The notes below the pieces were generated by a model that saw only the letters and a program-made list of their open reading frames with translations, was not told where the DNA came from and made no database searches. DNA of 64,000 bases. It comes from Spirochaetia bacterium (GTDB lineage: Bacteria > Spirochaetota > Spirochaetia > WTKD01 > G963693115). Of the stretch, positions 61,012-64,000 are shown one piece after another. Both the position numbers and the translations under genes were made by a program. Where the stretch lies: positions 864,001 through 928,000 of the forward strand of contig CBDDCA010000006.1 in the NCBI GenBank assembly GCA_965226055.1, given 5' to 3'. How positions within the stretch are numbered: the stretch's first letter is position 1; each line of letters begins with the position of its first letter.

Positions 61012-62481
61012 CTATCTTGTGTGAAATTCGTTGCCAACACGAACATAATCAGCAATCTCAAATGATAACCAAAACATTGCAGCCACAGAAAGCACTGAAG
61101 TTCCTAATGTTGCGTAAAAATACGTGTCTCTTCTTGTAATAGATTCTTGATATGAAGCGGAATGTATATCGTTGCCAGCACTCTGTAGGGTATTTGCTTC
61201 ATTTATGTACAATCCGTATAAAATCAAAGGAGGGATGAGTGATGCTCCCATTACTGTGAATGCAGTGTAAAAATCGTTACGTTCTTTTTTTAATCTTTCT
61301 TCTAAGGGGATAGCATTTGTTTGTTCCAATGCTAAACGTACTACTGGAGGAGTGAGGTGGTTAAGGGTAAGTCTTTTTGTTGTATGTTCTGGGAATGTTA
61401 TTTCCATTTGTTTTGAGAATGAAGGGCGTAAAATGGTAACGGGACTATTGCCTACCCATTCTGAGTTGACATATACTTTTGCGTCTGATGGTTCGGTGAG
61501 TATAGTAATAGTATCGTTGTTAGTGGTAGAGAATAAAAAGGTGCGAGATATAGGTTCTAACTCTTGTACTATGAGTACTTCGTCTCGTTGTTGATTGTTA
61601 TATGCTACCTGTATTGCATGTGCACCAGATATGATGGTAGAAAGATATACTTCACCAAACCCAATGAGGTTTCCATCCAGTAAAATTTTTGCATCATTGA
61701 GTATTTGAGAGTTTTCGGTAACTGCTTTAATGCTCAGTGATCCAGCTGGTACACCTAAAACAGCTGTTCGTACTGTTGGGGCTATGCTAGTGAATAGTTG
61801 TTGTATATCGGTAGGCTCCACTATTGTTTGTAAAATTTTTGTAGACTCATTAAATAAAGAATGATATGTATACAGGGATATTACTACAAAACGATTGAGT
61901 GTTTCAACAGTGTAGTAAAGTAGCTCTTGTGCTTTTACTGTTGTTGCTATTCTATTAAGGCTTGTTGTCGATTGAATGTTGTAGCTTGTATTGTTTTCAA
62001 TAAGTTTTATTGGCAGAGTGCTCTTTACGGGTATATCTTCATTTTTAATATCACGGATTTTTTGTATTCTCGCTTTCATTTCATTGATTTTTTTTTCTTC
62101 TAAACGTCTGTTGTTCCATATGTCTAAATTTTCTTCTTCTTTTAGGTTTTTATTATTCAGCTCATCTTGTTTTTTTATGAGTTCTATTCCTAGTACCTCT
62201 AACGATCGTTCGCGTAAAAATTTGCGTGCTAAATATAGCTCCTTTGTTGATAATTGTCTTTCTTTTACTTCACGCACAAGTGTTTGGAGCAGAGGGATAA
62301 CTGAGAGACTTGTAGTTTTAGTCAGAGAGTCCAGAGAATCAAAGTCTTCACTGACTATTCCTACAATAGCAACATTCCACGTGCTAAGCAGTCGCTCTTT
62401 ATTTTCTTGAGAATATACATACCCTGTAAGCTGGATGAGACTAACGAATAATAAGATTGTACCAAGATGTCGTGTATACAT
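61012..62481 (-). CDS. PEGA domain-containing membrane/exported protein
   Basis: Signal peptide; ITILTEPSDAKVYVN..VGNSP PEGA motif; two C-terminal TM segments. Confidence 0.7.
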   Translation of the reverse strand: MYTRHLGTILLFVSLIQLTGYVYSQENKERLLSTWNVAIVGIVSEDFDSLDSLTKTTSLSVIPLLQTLVREVKERQLSTKELYLARKFLRERSLEVLGIELIKKQDELNNKNLKEEENLDIWNNRRLEEKKINEMKARIQKIRDIKNEDIPVKSTLPIKLIENNTSYNIQSTTSLNRIATTVKAQELLYYTVETLNRFVVISLYTYHSLFNESTKILQTIVEPTDIQQLFTSIAPTVRTAVLGVPAGSLSIKAVTENSQILNDAKILLDGNLIGFGEVYLSTIISGAHAIQVAYNNQQRDEVLIVQELEPISRTFLFSTTNNDTITILTEPSDAKVYVNSEWVGNSPVTILRPSFSKQMEITFPEHTTKRLTLNHLTPPVVRLALEQTNAIPLEERLKKERNDFYTAFTVMGASLIPPLILYGLYINEANTLQSAGNDIHSASYQESITRRDTYFYATLGTSVLSVAAMFWLSFEIADYVRVGNEFHTR

Positions 62482-62558
62482 GCTGTTATACTATACTTTA
62501 TAAATTATATTTTAAACTATACTTTTACACTATAACTCTTAAATTGTCATTTTATGAA

Positions 62559-63660
62559 CTATGCTTTCTCAACTATACTTTCTAAGTATGCTTCTATAAA
62601 ATGGTCTATTTCTCCATCCATAACTTTTTGTGTATCACTTGTCTCTCTATTTGTTCGGTGATCTTTTACTAAATTATATGGATGAAACACATACGAACGT
62701 ATTTGGCTTCCCCATGAAATATTTAATTTTTTAGGAGATAGAGCATTTCTTTCTTCTTGTTTTTTTTGTTCATAATGATCAAATAGTCTGCTTCGTAGAA
62801 TTTTGAGTGCAGTTTGTTTATTTTTAATTTGTGAGCGTTCATTTTGACATTGTACAACAATTCCTGTTTCAATATGAGTAATGCGCACAGCAGAATCTGT
62901 TTTGTTCACATGCTGTCCTCCTGCTCCACTGGAGCGATATGTGTCCACTCTTATTTCTTCTGGTTTTATTTCAATAGTAGTGGTATCGTTGAGTATCGGA
63001 AGGGCATGTACAGACGCAAAGGTGGTATGTCTACGATTGCTACTATCAAAAGGAGAGAGACGTACTAAGCGGTGTATTCCTGTTTCTGCTTTTAGCTGTC
63101 CGTACGCATATTCTCCTTTAATTTCTAATAACACAGACTTTATTCCTCCTTCTGAAGGTTGAATATCAAGCTCTTTTACGCTAAATTGTTTCTTTTCGCA
63201 CCATCGAATATAAAGGCGATATAATAGTTTTACCCAATCGCAAGACTCTGTTCCTCCTGCTCCCGTTTGAACACTCAGATATGAATTATTGATGTCTATT
63301 TCGTTGCTAAAAAATGTATAAATTTTTAGTTGCTGAAAATCGTGAATAAGCTGTTCATATTCTTGTTGTATTTCGTTGCTATATTCATTACTATCGTCAC
63401 TTTCTTTTGCAAGTTCACAGAGAGTCTCTAAATTTTCTGTATCCTGTAGAATTTTCTCCCATTGAGATACTGAGTTTTTGAGGCTGGTTATCTGTTTAAG
63501 CACTTGTGTTGCTTGAGCAATATTTTCCCAAAAAGTTGGATTTTGACTTTCTTGTTCTAGGCTTGTAATGTGAGAATAGGTGTCTTGTAAGTCAAAGCCG
63601 CCTCCATTGAGTAGTAATATCTTGTTTTAGTGTTTCAACTTGTTTTATTAATTCTTCCAT
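62559..63660 (-). CDS. prfB: peptide chain release factor 2, with programmed +1 frameshift
   Basis: Motifs GAGGTES, SPF, GGQHVNKTDSAVR; first frame MEELIK...WRRL ends in CTT-TGA-C preceded by internal SD GGAGG. Confidence 0.96.
63591..63605 (-). promoter_or_regulatory. prfB +1 ribosomal frameshift site
   Basis: GGAGGCGG-CTT-TGA-C; the GAC at 63593 is in frame with the downstream ORF. Confidence 0.93.
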
Positions 63661-63723
63661 ATACAAAGCATAAACTATTTTTTATTTTTGCACAAATGAA
63701 TTGTAATATTTTTTTGACATCTG

Positions 63724-63762
63724 CTGAAACCTTTTCTGTCGCATTTAGTCCTTGAATCTGCA
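63724..63762. repeat. dispersed intergenic element, copy D
   Basis: 36/39 identical to 24083-24121. Confidence 0.85.
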
Positions 63763-63945
63763 GAACTCGTGATAGATCGATAGCAAACATGTATAAAGTG
63801 TTGTATAATTGGATAAAGGAGGCTGGTTTAGTCTAATTTTGCTTATCCATGCCAGCTCCAAAATTAAAAGTATTGCTTATAGATTTTTATAGAGAAAATA
63901 AAGCAGAACAATCTTTGAATAAAGTATATGAAATATGTAAGAAAC

Positions 63946-64000
63946 ATGAAAAAGAAAAATGTAATTGGCATTGATTTTGGTACAGACTCAGTTCGTTGTA
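63946..64000 (+). CDS. FGGY carbohydrate kinase, ribulokinase-like (3' partial)
   Basis: MKKKNVIGIDFGTDSVRC matches the AraB-type phosphate-1 motif. Confidence 0.7.
   Translation, partial: MKKKNVIGIDFGTDSVRC

Noticed and set aside
63591-63660. prfB in-frame TGA as a pseudogene or novelty
   Set aside because: It is the canonical autoregulatory +1 frameshift
63790-63974. Short ORFs (MYKVLYNWIKEAGLV; MPAPKLK...) as an IS1-like remnant or leader peptide
   Set aside because: Too short to support; the second overlaps the kinase start

Overview
Low-GC, AT-rich bacterial chromosome segment, very probably from a spirochete. Evidence: the mevalonate cluster is in Borrelia order (fni-mvaA-mvaD-pmk-mvk), groES has no adjacent groEL, and several proteins carry spirochaete-type lipoprotein signals. 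Housekeeping and metabolic genes include cysK, aroA, fumC, ychF, trkAH, fprA, DAHP synthase, proAB, gatZ-like, pntAAB, galE, fabH, lolCDE, ftsY and prfB with its programmed frameshift, plus tRNA-Ser and tRNA-Ala. Three giant surface lipoproteins are built from shuffled Fn3-like, putative-Ig and BspA/DUF285 modules. Several one- or two-gene accessory islets are interspersed. Most notable observations: (1) a 3x23-aa tandem-repeat peptide translationally coupled to an SDH/ClpP-class protease; (2) a 50-aa antisense peptide next to a Pycsar-effector-like membrane protein; (3) a ~39-bp dispersed element found only in divergent intergenic regions; (4) a GC-skew flip near 13.6-14.3 kb over a palindrome-rich spacer with a candidate sRNA; (5) a G14 tract upstream of the largest adhesin; (6) a frameshifted ABC-ATPase between two tRNAs. 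All calls come from reading motifs by eye; no database searches were run.
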